From: a virus
IMG/VR virus record: IMGVR_UViG_3300025815_002670
Span: 1 to 64,000 of that record
Reading direction: 5' to 3' (one strand)
Length of the DNA stretch: 64,000 nt
The translations under genes and the position numbers were made by a program. The notes under the pieces were generated by a model. That model did no database searches, was not told the DNA's origin, and saw only the letters and a list, made by a program, of their open reading frames with translations. Below, piece by piece: positions 24,654-34,406 of the stretch (position 1 is its first letter; each line of letters begins with the position of its first letter).

Positions 24654-25615
24654 AAAAAGCACTAATAACAGGAATAAATGGACAAGACGGAAGCTATTTA
24701 GCCGAACACCTACTATCACTAGGATATGAAGTCCATGGTATGGTTAGAAGACACTCTGTAGCTGAGAATCAAAATTCTAGACTGCACCACTTAAATGGCT
24801 CTATTCACACTCATTACGGTGACTTGCTTGATTATCCATCTTTAGTAAGAGTAGTGTCCAAGGTCATGCCAGATGAAATTTATAACTTAGGTGCTATGAG
24901 TCATGTGCGTATTAGTTTTGATATGCCATCATTTACCATTCAGACTAACGCTCTTGGAGTATTAAATATTCTTGAAGTATATCGAACGGTTTGTCCTGTC
25001 GCTAAGTTCTATCAAGCCAGTTCCTCAGAGATGTTTGGCAACTCTGTAGATGAGGATGGGGTACAAAGACTAACAACCCCTATGAACCCCGTGAGCCCAT
25101 ATGGGTGTGCAAAGGTAATGGGCTTTAATCTTGTTAGGCATTATCGTCACGCTTATGGTTTACACGCCTGTAATGGTATTCTTTTTAATCACGAGTCTCC
25201 ACGGCGAGGTTCTAACTTTGTAACCAACAAGGTTGTAAAAGGTGCCGTAGCGATTAAGAAAGGTCTTCAAGATAAGCTAGAACTCGGAAATATGGATTCA
25301 TATCGAGACTGGGGCCATTCGAAAGATTATGTTCGAGCAATGCACATGATTCTAAATCATGAGACTCCTGACGAGTTTATTGTCGCCACTGGCGAGACTC
25401 ATTCAGTTAGGGATCTTTGCGAAGTTGTTTTTGCAAAGCTTGGCATGGATTATCGAGACTATATTGTTCAGAACCCAAAGTATATGAGACCAGAAGAATT
25501 GAAATATCTCAAGGGAGACCCTTCAAAGGCTAGAGAAGTTTTAGGATGGCACCCAGACTACACTTTTGAGACTATGCTGAACGAAATGATAGAAAGATGG
25601 GAGACTGAGTTGTGA
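24650..25615 (+). CDS. gmd: GDP-mannose 4,6-dehydratase
   Basis: ALITGINGQDGSYLAE; YQASSSEMFG; SPYGCAK; LFNHESPRRG; RDWGH. Confidence 0.95.
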   Translation: MKKALITGINGQDGSYLAEHLLSLGYEVHGMVRRHSVAENQNSRLHHLNGSIHTHYGDLLDYPSLVRVVSKVMPDEIYNLGAMSHVRISFDMPSFTIQTNALGVLNILEVYRTVCPVAKFYQASSSEMFGNSVDEDGVQRLTTPMNPVSPYGCAKVMGFNLVRHYRHAYGLHACNGILFNHESPRRGSNFVTNKVVKGAVAIKKGLQDKLELGNMDSYRDWGHSKDYVRAMHMILNHETPDEFIVATGETHSVRDLCEVVFAKLGMDYRDYIVQNPKYMRPEELKYLKGDPSKAREVLGWHPDYTFETMLNEMIERWETEL

Positions 25616-27516
25616 ATTCACAGAAAAGAGTATGTGTCTTGCAGGTCACTCCTGAAACACCTAACCCTAAGCATGTCGAGTTATTTCACAATAAAGCAGA
25701 TTGTGATTTCTTCTTTGTTACGCACGATAGTCCACACAAAGATGCTTTACAATTTTGTCCAAACACAACTTGGACAGACACGAGAAACATCTTGGCTGCC
25801 AAAGTGACAAAAAATTATGAATATTATGCATTTGTAGATTATGACTATATTTTTCGACCTCTAGGGGAGTTAGGTGTTCTAGAACAAATACTTCACGACC
25901 TTGAGGAATATAATCCAGCAGTCCTTACTTTTTACCCCGGTAATGGTATGACAACGCCTTTTGCCGCTAACGTAGCTTATAGAGATAGCAAAGATTACTC
26001 TATCTTACCCTTCAGCCATTGCGGCTTAAAGATTATACACCACAGCCTTCTCAAATGGTTTTTTCCCATGGTTACGCGCTTCGGCGGTGGAGTAGAGGCT
26101 TGCCATTTATTCAACATACTTGAGATACCCTTCTTGAAAAATGTAGTGTGTAGTCATCAAATGGTTTATGATAATGGAGTGACTGACTTTGACGCTCCTC
26201 ACAATCAAGATGGTGCTTGGAGCGACTATTGTATGAATGAAATGTGGAAGTGGATAAAGCCATCTTTCAAGAAAAACAATCTTTTAGATTCTCAGGCGTC
26301 AAGCAATGCAGAAAAAATGAGTTCACTTCTGATTAAAAAAGTCTTTCAAAACATATTTGTAACAAAAAATATACAACCTCTTAAGAGTGGTAGAGTAGAG
26401 AATTACTTTGACCGTGAGAGGATTGAAAAGTTTTTTAATTTTTTTCACGAAAGATTTCAAAATTTTGACTGTAATTTAGATGCGCAATTGTCGCATATTA
26501 CTTCTGATGATATGGGCAGGGTTACTTCTCGTTTGACGAAGATTGAGTTTGCAGATTTAAATGTGCAAGAAAACCCTTGGATCCAAATCACAGCGGATAT
26601 AAACAAAGAAATTAAAGAAAGCAGAAAGCTTACGACATCTGAAGTTGTTGAAATATACCAGAAGACAGCAGGTTCTTCTTTGTTTTACAACTCTCACAAT
26701 AAAGATCCTAGACTAGAAGAGTTTCTAAAAGACAAGAGGGTGGCGTTTGTTGGACCTGCACCGTATCTTAATGGAAGCGGTAAAGGTGCTTTGATTGACT
26801 CATACGATGTAGTTGTGAGAATACAACATGGTATACCCAATATAGAAGATTACGGCTCTAGAACAGATGTGGTTCAAAGCTGCTTGAACTCAAATTATGG
26901 CCCACCTTTGGTGAGATACTTGGAATCTATTCCACCAGAACAACGACCAGATTTTGTTATTTGTAACGATACAGCGAGTCAGCAAAAAAGAGATGGAAGC
27001 TGGGCTCTTGTAGATGAAATCTATGAGTCTATTTTTGAAAATCTTTCTATACCTTTTGTGCATTTGAAAAACCAAGATTCCACTTGGGATCGCTGGGGTT
27101 TGTACTGGGAAATCTACGCTAAACAACACATTGAGAAGTTTGCAAAAGGCAGTTATACAATATATTCTGCTAATTTTAATTCTGGATATGGTGCCCTAAA
27201 TGTCTTGCTGGGCTACCCTTTGAGGGAGTTAGCAGTATTTGGAGTTGACTTCTATAACACAGGAATACCACAAAATGATGCACAAAAGTACAATAATCAG
27301 TATACTAGTACATATGGTGCCTCTGGCACCCCTAACGGTCCAGATAAAGTCCTCCACGATCAGATTTCACAAATAATGCATTGTAAAAATGTTTTATTGA
27401 GAGATTCTAGGTTTAAATTGGATGAGCCTGTACTTAGACTGTTGAATCAAGAAAGTATTAATTCTAGAATCAACAAATTTGTATTGTTACCAAAATTTAA
27501 AAACGAGACGAGATAA
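25612..27516 (+). CDS. Two-domain glycosyltransferase: GT-A-like N-terminus plus GT29-like (sialylmotif L) C-terminus
   Basis: YAFVDYDY DxD motif; RVAFVGPAPYLNGSGKGALIDSYDVVVRI...DYGSRTD (sialylmotif L-like); NSGY...VFGVDFY...LHD. Confidence 0.65.
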   Translation: MNSQKRVCVLQVTPETPNPKHVELFHNKADCDFFFVTHDSPHKDALQFCPNTTWTDTRNILAAKVTKNYEYYAFVDYDYIFRPLGELGVLEQILHDLEEYNPAVLTFYPGNGMTTPFAANVAYRDSKDYSILPFSHCGLKIIHHSLLKWFFPMVTRFGGGVEACHLFNILEIPFLKNVVCSHQMVYDNGVTDFDAPHNQDGAWSDYCMNEMWKWIKPSFKKNNLLDSQASSNAEKMSSLLIKKVFQNIFVTKNIQPLKSGRVENYFDRERIEKFFNFFHERFQNFDCNLDAQLSHITSDDMGRVTSRLTKIEFADLNVQENPWIQITADINKEIKESRKLTTSEVVEIYQKTAGSSLFYNSHNKDPRLEEFLKDKRVAFVGPAPYLNGSGKGALIDSYDVVVRIQHGIPNIEDYGSRTDVVQSCLNSNYGPPLVRYLESIPPEQRPDFVICNDTASQQKRDGSWALVDEIYESIFENLSIPFVHLKNQDSTWDRWGLYWEIYAKQHIEKFAKGSYTIYSANFNSGYGALNVLLGYPLRELAVFGVDFYNTGIPQNDAQKYNNQYTSTYGASGTPNGPDKVLHDQISQIMHCKNVLLRDSRFKLDEPVLRLLNQESINSRINKFVLLPKFKNETR

Positions 27517-27944
27517 TGGGTATTAAAACTAATTCAGACTCTAACCTTGTTAGTGTCTTAGAAAATGATGGAGTTCCATACTCCGAACTTATAAAATATG
27601 AAAACTATTCAACAGTTAATTTGCAAGAACTTAGAGAAGATCTTGGTATGGGTTCTTGGGCAGTAAGGATTGCGTACAATGATTTGTTTGGTGGTGTTGT
27701 TATACAGCAACACCCCGGAGAAGGAAACAGAAAGCACTTTCATCCAGATGCCGATGAAAATTGGGTAATCTTGGATGGCGAATGGGAATGGTGGATTCAG
27801 GGGATAGGAACTCGTAGAGTAACCAAGAATGACATCATTGTGGTTCCAAAGAATACTTGGCACCACATAAGATGTGTTGGTGATAAGCCGGGTGTTAGAT
27901 ATGCCATTACTCGTCCTGATGTGAATCATGTCTACGAAGAGTGA
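27516..27944 (+). CDS. Cupin_2 domain protein
   Basis: HFHPDADENWVILDG...VVPKNTWHHI. Confidence 0.85.
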   Translation: MGIKTNSDSNLVSVLENDGVPYSELIKYENYSTVNLQELREDLGMGSWAVRIAYNDLFGGVVIQQHPGEGNRKHFHPDADENWVILDGEWEWWIQGIGTRRVTKNDIIVVPKNTWHHIRCVGDKPGVRYAITRPDVNHVYEE

Positions 27945-28650
27945 TATTTGTTTTAACTTTTCTGGTAAGACTGTGATTGTATTCGGTGGAAGTAGAGGGA
28001 TAGGTAAAGAAATCTGTCGCCTCTTTTCCGATTCTGGAGCCACGGTTTACAATGCTTCTAGAACTCCTTCATTATTAGAATCTGTTATTGATTTAAAATG
28101 TGATTTACAGAGCACAGATGAAATAAAAGAAGTATTTTCTCAATTTAAAAAAGTAGATTTTGTAATCAATGTGGCCGGCACGAATCTATGTGAACCAATT
28201 GAAAAAATTAGTGTTGATGAGTGGGACAGATTAATGAACGTTAATCTAAAATCTTTTTTTATAATTTGTAAAGAAGCCGTAAGGGTAATGAAAAAGAACA
28301 ACTATGGAAAAATAGTCAATGTCTCGTCAATAGCCGGAAGGAGCAAAAGTATTGTAAGTGGAGTGCATTACACTTCCAGTAAATATGGTATAATAGGTTT
28401 AACAAAGCAGCTTTCTAATGAAGTTTCGAAATTCAATATACTTGTAAATTGTGTTTGTCCAAGTCAAACAATGACTAAAATGCTGCAAGAATCTATGTCC
28501 ACTGAGGCCATAATGAAATTAGAAGAAAAAATACCTGTTAGAAGAGTAGCTACAACAACCGAACAGGCTCTTCCTGTTCTATTTTTATGTTCGTCTGCCG
28601 CTTCTTATATTGCAGGGACAGTGATTGATATCAATGGAGGGCAACTCTGA
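27928..28650 (+). CDS. Short-chain dehydrogenase/reductase
   Basis: GGSRGIG; NVAG; NVSS; YTSSK; DINGG. Confidence 0.92.
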   Translation: MSTKSDICFNFSGKTVIVFGGSRGIGKEICRLFSDSGATVYNASRTPSLLESVIDLKCDLQSTDEIKEVFSQFKKVDFVINVAGTNLCEPIEKISVDEWDRLMNVNLKSFFIICKEAVRVMKKNNYGKIVNVSSIAGRSKSIVSGVHYTSSKYGIIGLTKQLSNEVSKFNILVNCVCPSQTMTKMLQESMSTEAIMKLEEKIPVRRVATTTEQALPVLFLCSSAASYIAGTVIDINGGQL

Positions 28651-29318
28651 TGCCAAGAGAAGTAGATATAAACGTCCTGATTGCTGTCCGTGGTGGCTCA
28701 AAGAGAGTTCCAAGAAAAAATATTAGACCCTTCGGGGGTTCTAACATGCTTACGTTAAAAGTGCAACAGGCTCTTAGACTCTCTAATGTCAACAAGGTAA
28801 TTGTAACATCGGACAACGAAGAGATGTTGAATATTGCATCAGAACTTGGTGCTCATGTAATGAAGAGAGACCCATATTATGCTAGTGATACTGTGCCCAT
28901 GGGAGATGTTTATGTTCATCTTGCCTCATCTCTAGATTGCAAAGATATTCTCTGGACACCAGTTACGAGTCCGCTTGTCAAAGACGAAACAGTGCAAGAA
29001 TGTATACAAACTTATATTGATAATGAGCAGCATGATTCAGTTGTAACAACAAATATAATAAAAGAATACATGTGGCTTGGAAACAAAGCAATAAATTATG
29101 ATCCCAAGAATCACCCACGTTCTCAAGATTTGCCGAATATATATGCTTTAAATTTTGCTGTCAATATCTTGCCACGAAAACTAATGATAAAGAATAAAAA
29201 TATATTAGGAGACAATTTTTATCCATACACGTTAGATGAAGTAGAGGCGGTTGATGTTGATACAGAGTTTGAATTTATGCTTGCTGAAACACTATATGAA
29301 AAGTTAAGAAAAAAATGA
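28650..29318 (+). CDS. NeuA/KdsB-family acylneuraminate (ulosonate) cytidylyltransferase
   Basis: IAVRGGSKRVPRKNI; VTSD; TSPL; PRSQDLP; VDVDTEFEF. Confidence 0.88.
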   Translation: MPREVDINVLIAVRGGSKRVPRKNIRPFGGSNMLTLKVQQALRLSNVNKVIVTSDNEEMLNIASELGAHVMKRDPYYASDTVPMGDVYVHLASSLDCKDILWTPVTSPLVKDETVQECIQTYIDNEQHDSVVTTNIIKEYMWLGNKAINYDPKNHPRSQDLPNIYALNFAVNILPRKLMIKNKNILGDNFYPYTLDEVEAVDVDTEFEFMLAETLYEKLRKK

Positions 29319-30244
29319 AAAACATAAAAGTTTTTATTGTCACCTACAGAAGACCTAAGATTCTTAATCAAACATTAAGAAGGCTATTTAATGAGACAGA
29401 TTTTGCAAATGTCAAGAATACTGAGGTAAACATCATCAATAATCATAGCGAGTTTACTCTTGATGATGAATTTGCAGATAAAATCAATGTGATTCATAAC
29501 AATGCTAGACCTGATTGGGATACTGGCAATCTTGCAAGAAATTGGAATCAAGCATTAATTCACGGCTTCAAGGATCTAAACAATCCAGATGCTAAGATTG
29601 TTGTAACAATGCAGAATGATATTGTCCTGAGTTCAAATTGGGTTTCTAATCTTTTAAGGATGCATCAGAAATATACGTTTATTACTGGACAGCTTGGCGA
29701 TAACATCATAAGTTATCGTCCAGAGGCAGTTAAAAAGATAGGTATGTGGGATGAGAGATTTCTTACGCCTGCCAATAAAGAAGCCGACTACTACATTAGG
29801 GCTCTAATTTACAATAAAGAAAAGTCGATGATTGGCGATAAAGTTCATGGCAGGCTCCTCAATTCTCATGATGCTCTTGAGTTAGATACAAGTGAATATC
29901 TTGGAGACGAAGCAAAATGGAGAAAAGAAAAAAGCAATGATATATCACGCGAAGCCTGGTATCATACATCACAAATTTTTTATTGGAAATGGAAAGATAC
30001 TTGGAAGACCCAGCCTAGCTATTATGGGTGGCTAACAAGGTGGAGTAAAGAATTTGTTGATAATCCTCCAACCCCACCAAAAGTTCCAAATTTTATACAA
30101 TACTATTATTTTGAAAAAGATATTGAACTTAGTGACAAAAATTATGTAGGATGGAGAGAGGGTGATTGTTGGCTAGATGCCAATAAGTGTCTTGACATAG
30201 ATACCCACCCATTTAAAGAAGAGCAGAGATTTAGAAATGATTAA
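29315..30244 (+). CDS. GT2-like glycosyltransferase
   Basis: IVTYRR...LARNWNQ...QNDI...KIGMWDERF...EADYYIR. Confidence 0.7.
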   Translation: MKNIKVFIVTYRRPKILNQTLRRLFNETDFANVKNTEVNIINNHSEFTLDDEFADKINVIHNNARPDWDTGNLARNWNQALIHGFKDLNNPDAKIVVTMQNDIVLSSNWVSNLLRMHQKYTFITGQLGDNIISYRPEAVKKIGMWDERFLTPANKEADYYIRALIYNKEKSMIGDKVHGRLLNSHDALELDTSEYLGDEAKWRKEKSNDISREAWYHTSQIFYWKWKDTWKTQPSYYGWLTRWSKEFVDNPPTPPKVPNFIQYYYFEKDIELSDKNYVGWREGDCWLDANKCLDIDTHPFKEEQRFRND

Positions 30245-31607
30245 ATTAGTTGTATTTGATTTAGATGGCGTCTTGGTTGACGCCCGTGAGCTTCACTATG
30301 ATGCTTTAAACCTGGCTTTGGCAGAGGTTGGGGAAGAATATGTTATAAATCGTTCAGAGCACCTCTCTACTTACGATGGACTCTCTACCAGAAAAAAGCT
30401 TGGAATGCTTACTCTCAATAAGGGTTTGCCTGAAAATATGCATGACTTCGTGTGGAGAACAAAGCAGAAAAAGACAGTAGAAATTATCGATGATTTTGCA
30501 CCAGATTTTAGAATACAAAACATACTAAAGAAGTTGAAGTCTGATGGCTACATGGTTGCTTGCGCTACAAATTCTATTAGAGAAACAGCTAAATTACAGT
30601 TAATTAGAAAAGGATTTTTTGAATACATCGATTTTCTTTACACCAATCAAGATGTAAATAAGCCTAAGCCAAGTTCCGAAATCTACATGAGGTGTATGCT
30701 AAAGGCTGATGTAGATCCAAACGAAACTCTTGTTGTAGAAGATTCACATCATGGCAGAAAGGCTGCCCTTAACAGTGGTGCTTACCTTTGTCCTGTTAAG
30801 AATAGTGGCGATGTAACATATGAAAAAATTAATGAGCATATCCAAAATATAAATAAAACCAATATAATAAAGCCAAAGTGGCAAGGTGGTAAAATGAATG
30901 TTCTAATTCCAATGGCCGGCGCCGGCTCTAGATTTCAGAGCGCGGGCTATACTTTTCCAAAACCTCTTATCGAAGTTAGGGGCAAACCCATGATTCAACT
31001 CGTTGTAGAGAATCTAAATATTGACGCTAGGCACATCTTTGTTGTTCAGAAGTCTCATTATGAACAATATAACTTAAAACATCTTTTAAGTCTCATATCT
31101 CCGGGCTGCGAAATAGTTCAAGTAGATGGTATGACTGAAGGTGCAGCTTGTACTACTCTATTAGCAAAACAATTTATAAACAACGATGAGCCTCTAGTAT
31201 TTGCTAATTCTGATCAGTTTCTGGATTGGGACAGCAATGAATTCATGTATTCTATGGAAGCAGATGAAATAGATGGCGGTATGTTAACATTTAAAGCCAC
31301 ACACCCTAAGTGGAGTTTTGCAAAATTAGACGAGTACGGATATGTTTCTGAAGTAGCAGAAAAGAAAACTATCAGTGATATCGCAACAGCAGGAATTTAC
31401 TATTGGAAACATGGTAGAGACTATGTTAAGTACGCTGAACAAATGATAGAAAATAACATAAGATTTAATAATGAATTCTATGTCTGTCCCGTTTTTAATG
31501 AAGCAATAAGCGATGGAAAGAAAATCAAGACTTTCCACTTTGATGGGATGTGGGGTATAGGAACTCCAGAAGACTTAGATTATTTCAACAAATTTCATAA
31601 GAGGTAA
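30237..31607 (+). CDS. HAD phosphatase fused to a sugar-phosphate nucleotidyltransferase
   Basis: FDLDGVL...KP...VEDS (HAD); IPMAGAGSRF...PKPLI...NSDQ...GIGTPEDL (NTP transferase). Confidence 0.9.
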   Translation: MIKLVVFDLDGVLVDARELHYDALNLALAEVGEEYVINRSEHLSTYDGLSTRKKLGMLTLNKGLPENMHDFVWRTKQKKTVEIIDDFAPDFRIQNILKKLKSDGYMVACATNSIRETAKLQLIRKGFFEYIDFLYTNQDVNKPKPSSEIYMRCMLKADVDPNETLVVEDSHHGRKAALNSGAYLCPVKNSGDVTYEKINEHIQNINKTNIIKPKWQGGKMNVLIPMAGAGSRFQSAGYTFPKPLIEVRGKPMIQLVVENLNIDARHIFVVQKSHYEQYNLKHLLSLISPGCEIVQVDGMTEGAACTTLLAKQFINNDEPLVFANSDQFLDWDSNEFMYSMEADEIDGGMLTFKATHPKWSFAKLDEYGYVSEVAEKKTISDIATAGIYYWKHGRDYVKYAEQMIENNIRFNNEFYVCPVFNEAISDGKKIKTFHFDGMWGIGTPEDLDYFNKFHKR

Positions 31608-31610
31608 ATA

Positions 31611-32306
31611 ATGGAACTAAAAGAATTAGAGATCATAGATGCATCACAGAAACTCTATGATGCATTTAATGGGTTCATACTTAGTTCGGACACAAAAGTC
31701 TTTGGGAAACTGTTAGCAAGAACGCTGTTAATGAATCAGGTAAAAGACTTGCCTGGAGACATTGTTGAATGTGGAGTGTTCAAGGGCACAGGGATGCTTT
31801 CTTTTCTTAAACTAAAAAGATTTCTCTGCCCAAACAGTGGCAAAAAAGTTATTGGATTTGATTTTTTTAATTCTGAAGGCTTAGTTGATAGTCTTTCTGG
31901 CCAAGATAAAGAGGCTATGTCTACATTATTTGAAAAGAGAAATTACAAACACGATGCCGAACATGTAAACAAGTTTAAAGATGTAATTTTGAACTTTGGA
32001 TTTGAAGAATATGAGTTTGAACTTGTGCAAGGCGATATTGCATCCACTGCACATTCTTATGTCTCGGAAAGGCCGGGATTTAGAATATCACTTTTATATC
32101 TTGATTTAGATTTAGATGTTCCAACATATGAAACACTTAGCGCCATGTGGGATAGGGTTGTAAAGGGCGGGATTGTAGTGTTTGACGAATATGCTTTTCA
32201 CAAGTGGTCGGAAGCTGCTGGTGTTGATCGATTTTTTTCTGACAAAGAAGTGGAAATTAAAACTTTAAACTATATTTGTCCATCTGCTTATGTTATAAAA
32301 AAATGA
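31611..32306 (+). CDS. TylF/MycF/NovP-family sugar O-methyltransferase
   Basis: PGDIVECGVFKG...GFDFF...LLYLDLDL...GGIVVFDEY. Confidence 0.85.
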   Translation: MELKELEIIDASQKLYDAFNGFILSSDTKVFGKLLARTLLMNQVKDLPGDIVECGVFKGTGMLSFLKLKRFLCPNSGKKVIGFDFFNSEGLVDSLSGQDKEAMSTLFEKRNYKHDAEHVNKFKDVILNFGFEEYEFELVQGDIASTAHSYVSERPGFRISLLYLDLDLDVPTYETLSAMWDRVVKGGIVVFDEYAFHKWSEAAGVDRFFSDKEVEIKTLNYICPSAYVIKK

Positions 32307-32758
32307 TTTTAATAGCACACCGTGGAAACACTAATGGACCAAACCCAAAACAAGAAAATAATCCTAAATATATTGACTATGCGATTAAAAAAGGTTATGA
32401 TGTAGAAATAGATGTAAGAGGTTCTTCTTTGTCTGAAATTTATTTGGGACACGACTATGAACAATATAAAGTATCGTTTAATTGGTTAATAAAAAGAATT
32501 AAGAATTTATGGATTCACGCAAAAGACATAGAAGCTTTATACCAGTTTACGGAGCCAGGAATAGAATGGAACTGTTTTTGGCATGAAGAGGACAGGCACA
32601 CATTAACAACACACGGCTATATCTGGGCATATCCAGGTAGCGCTTTGACACATAGATCAATATGCGTAATGCCAGAGGCTGCTCCTACTCAATATACACA
32701 GAGTGAGATACAACTTTGTGCTGGTATTTGTTCAGATTTTATAGAGAAGTATAGATGA
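32303..32758 (+). CDS. Short glycerophosphodiester phosphodiesterase-like protein
   Basis: IAHRGN...EN...DVEIDV...LGHD...WIHAK...GICSDF. Confidence 0.8.
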   Translation: MILIAHRGNTNGPNPKQENNPKYIDYAIKKGYDVEIDVRGSSLSEIYLGHDYEQYKVSFNWLIKRIKNLWIHAKDIEALYQFTEPGIEWNCFWHEEDRHTLTTHGYIWAYPGSALTHRSICVMPEAAPTQYTQSEIQLCAGICSDFIEKYR

Positions 32759-33435
32759 TTTTATCTTGGCAACAAATACCATCAACATTAATCTCTGAAA
32801 TCATGTGTCATAATTTTGACGGGGTGGTTCTAGACACAGAACACGGATGCTACAGTAATGAAACTCTTTATTCTTGTATTCAAGTAATAAAACGCTCAGG
32901 AAAAAAATGCTTTGTGCGCTTGACAGAAATTTCAAATACTTTAATAAGATATTGTCTGGATGCTGGTGTAGACGGGCTTATTTTTTCAACCGTGGAAACA
33001 AAAGAACAGTGTAAAAAAATAGTTGAATATTGTTATTATTCTCCAAAGGGCAAAAGAGGATTAGGTCTCGTTCGTCAAAACATGTGGGGAGAAAAGTGTT
33101 TGATCCAGCCAGAACCGATAATCATTCCACAGATTGAGACAAAAAATGCCATTGATAATATAAAAGACATAATAAACTTTAATTTTGATTACTACCTGAT
33201 AGGACCATATGATCTATCTTTATCTTTAAATACTCCAGGAATGTTTGACAACTCACAATTTAAGCGTTATATTAATGAAGTTAACAGCAAGATTCCTAAA
33301 GAAAATTTAGCAGTCCATATTCCTAGCGATATTAAGGAACAAATTAATAAATATGAAGGATATGGAATAAAGTGCTTAGGAATGGACACTGTAGCGATAT
33401 TAGAATTTAATAAAGAGAGTAAAAAGTATGCTTAA
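32755..33435 (+). CDS. HpcH/HpaI class II pyruvate aldolase
   Basis: VLDTEHG...VRL...LDAGVDG...PKGKRG...QIET...IGPYDLS. Confidence 0.88.
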   Translation: MILSWQQIPSTLISEIMCHNFDGVVLDTEHGCYSNETLYSCIQVIKRSGKKCFVRLTEISNTLIRYCLDAGVDGLIFSTVETKEQCKKIVEYCYYSPKGKRGLGLVRQNMWGEKCLIQPEPIIIPQIETKNAIDNIKDIINFNFDYYLIGPYDLSLSLNTPGMFDNSQFKRYINEVNSKIPKENLAVHIPSDIKEQINKYEGYGIKCLGMDTVAILEFNKESKKYA

Positions 33436-34405
33436 TTTTGAAAACATTGGTCAAAGATTCGTCGATGTTGTGCACTCAGAAGAGTGGGCAGAACTACAAG
33501 AAAAGTTTAATCATTCTGACGATATTTATGTCTTAGGTCATGGCGGAAATTTAGCAATTGCCGACCACGCTGCTGTAGATATTACAAGATTATCAAACGG
33601 GACCAAGAATGCTATGTGTCCAGGTAGCGCTGTTGTTGCCACATCTTTAATCAATGACACTAGTTTTGATCAGTGGATGGTTTCATGGTTATCATCCAGA
33701 ACATCTACAAGAACAAAAAGGCAAATGAAAAAGTCACTAGTTCTTGGAGTGTCTTCTTCTGGTTCCTCAAAAGACGTACTAAAAGCGCTGCAATGGGCGA
33801 AAGAACACGGAATGAACATCGCCATGATCACTTCAAAAGATATACCACTTCAAATTTCAGGTTTAACTAAGGTGATTTTAGGTGCTGAATACTATCATAC
33901 AGCAGAAGTTCTAACACTACTTTTAACTTATCAATTGACTCATGGCTCTGGTCATGTTTGTCCTCCTATTGGGAAGAACAGTCCACAAGAATTGGAAAAC
34001 CTAAACTGGAAGGGTGGAAAGATTCGAGAACACAGTTATCCTGATGAGACGATAAATATTGGTGTAGATTTTGATAGAGTCATACATAAGTGTTCTAAAG
34101 GTTATTACGATGGGACAATTTATGATGATCCGGTTGACGGAGCAGAAGAATTACTTAAGCAATTGTCGGAGAAATATACTGTAATTATTTATACTTGCAA
34201 AGCTAGGAAGGATCGAGGATTAGTCAACGGAAAAACTGGTACGGAGCTAGTTTGGGACTGGCTATGTGAGCATGGATATAATAAATATATCTCAAAAGTT
34301 ACTGCTGAAAAGCCAAGAGCAGTCTGCTACATTGATGATAAAGCAGTTAGGTTTGAAACTACAAGTAAAACAATTGAAGAACTAAAGGCTTTGGGAATTT
34401 TATAG
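33428..34405 (+). CDS. SIS sugar isomerase (GmhA-like) fused to a HAD-like phosphatase
   Basis: YVLGHGGNLAIADH...GVSSSGSSKDVLKA (SIS); GVDFDRVI...YIDDKA (HAD). Confidence 0.8.
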   Translation: MLNFENIGQRFVDVVHSEEWAELQEKFNHSDDIYVLGHGGNLAIADHAAVDITRLSNGTKNAMCPGSAVVATSLINDTSFDQWMVSWLSSRTSTRTKRQMKKSLVLGVSSSGSSKDVLKALQWAKEHGMNIAMITSKDIPLQISGLTKVILGAEYYHTAEVLTLLLTYQLTHGSGHVCPPIGKNSPQELENLNWKGGKIREHSYPDETINIGVDFDRVIHKCSKGYYDGTIYDDPVDGAEELLKQLSEKYTVIIYTCKARKDRGLVNGKTGTELVWDWLCEHGYNKYISKVTAEKPRAVCYIDDKAVRFETTSKTIEELKALGIL

Positions 34406-34406
34406 T

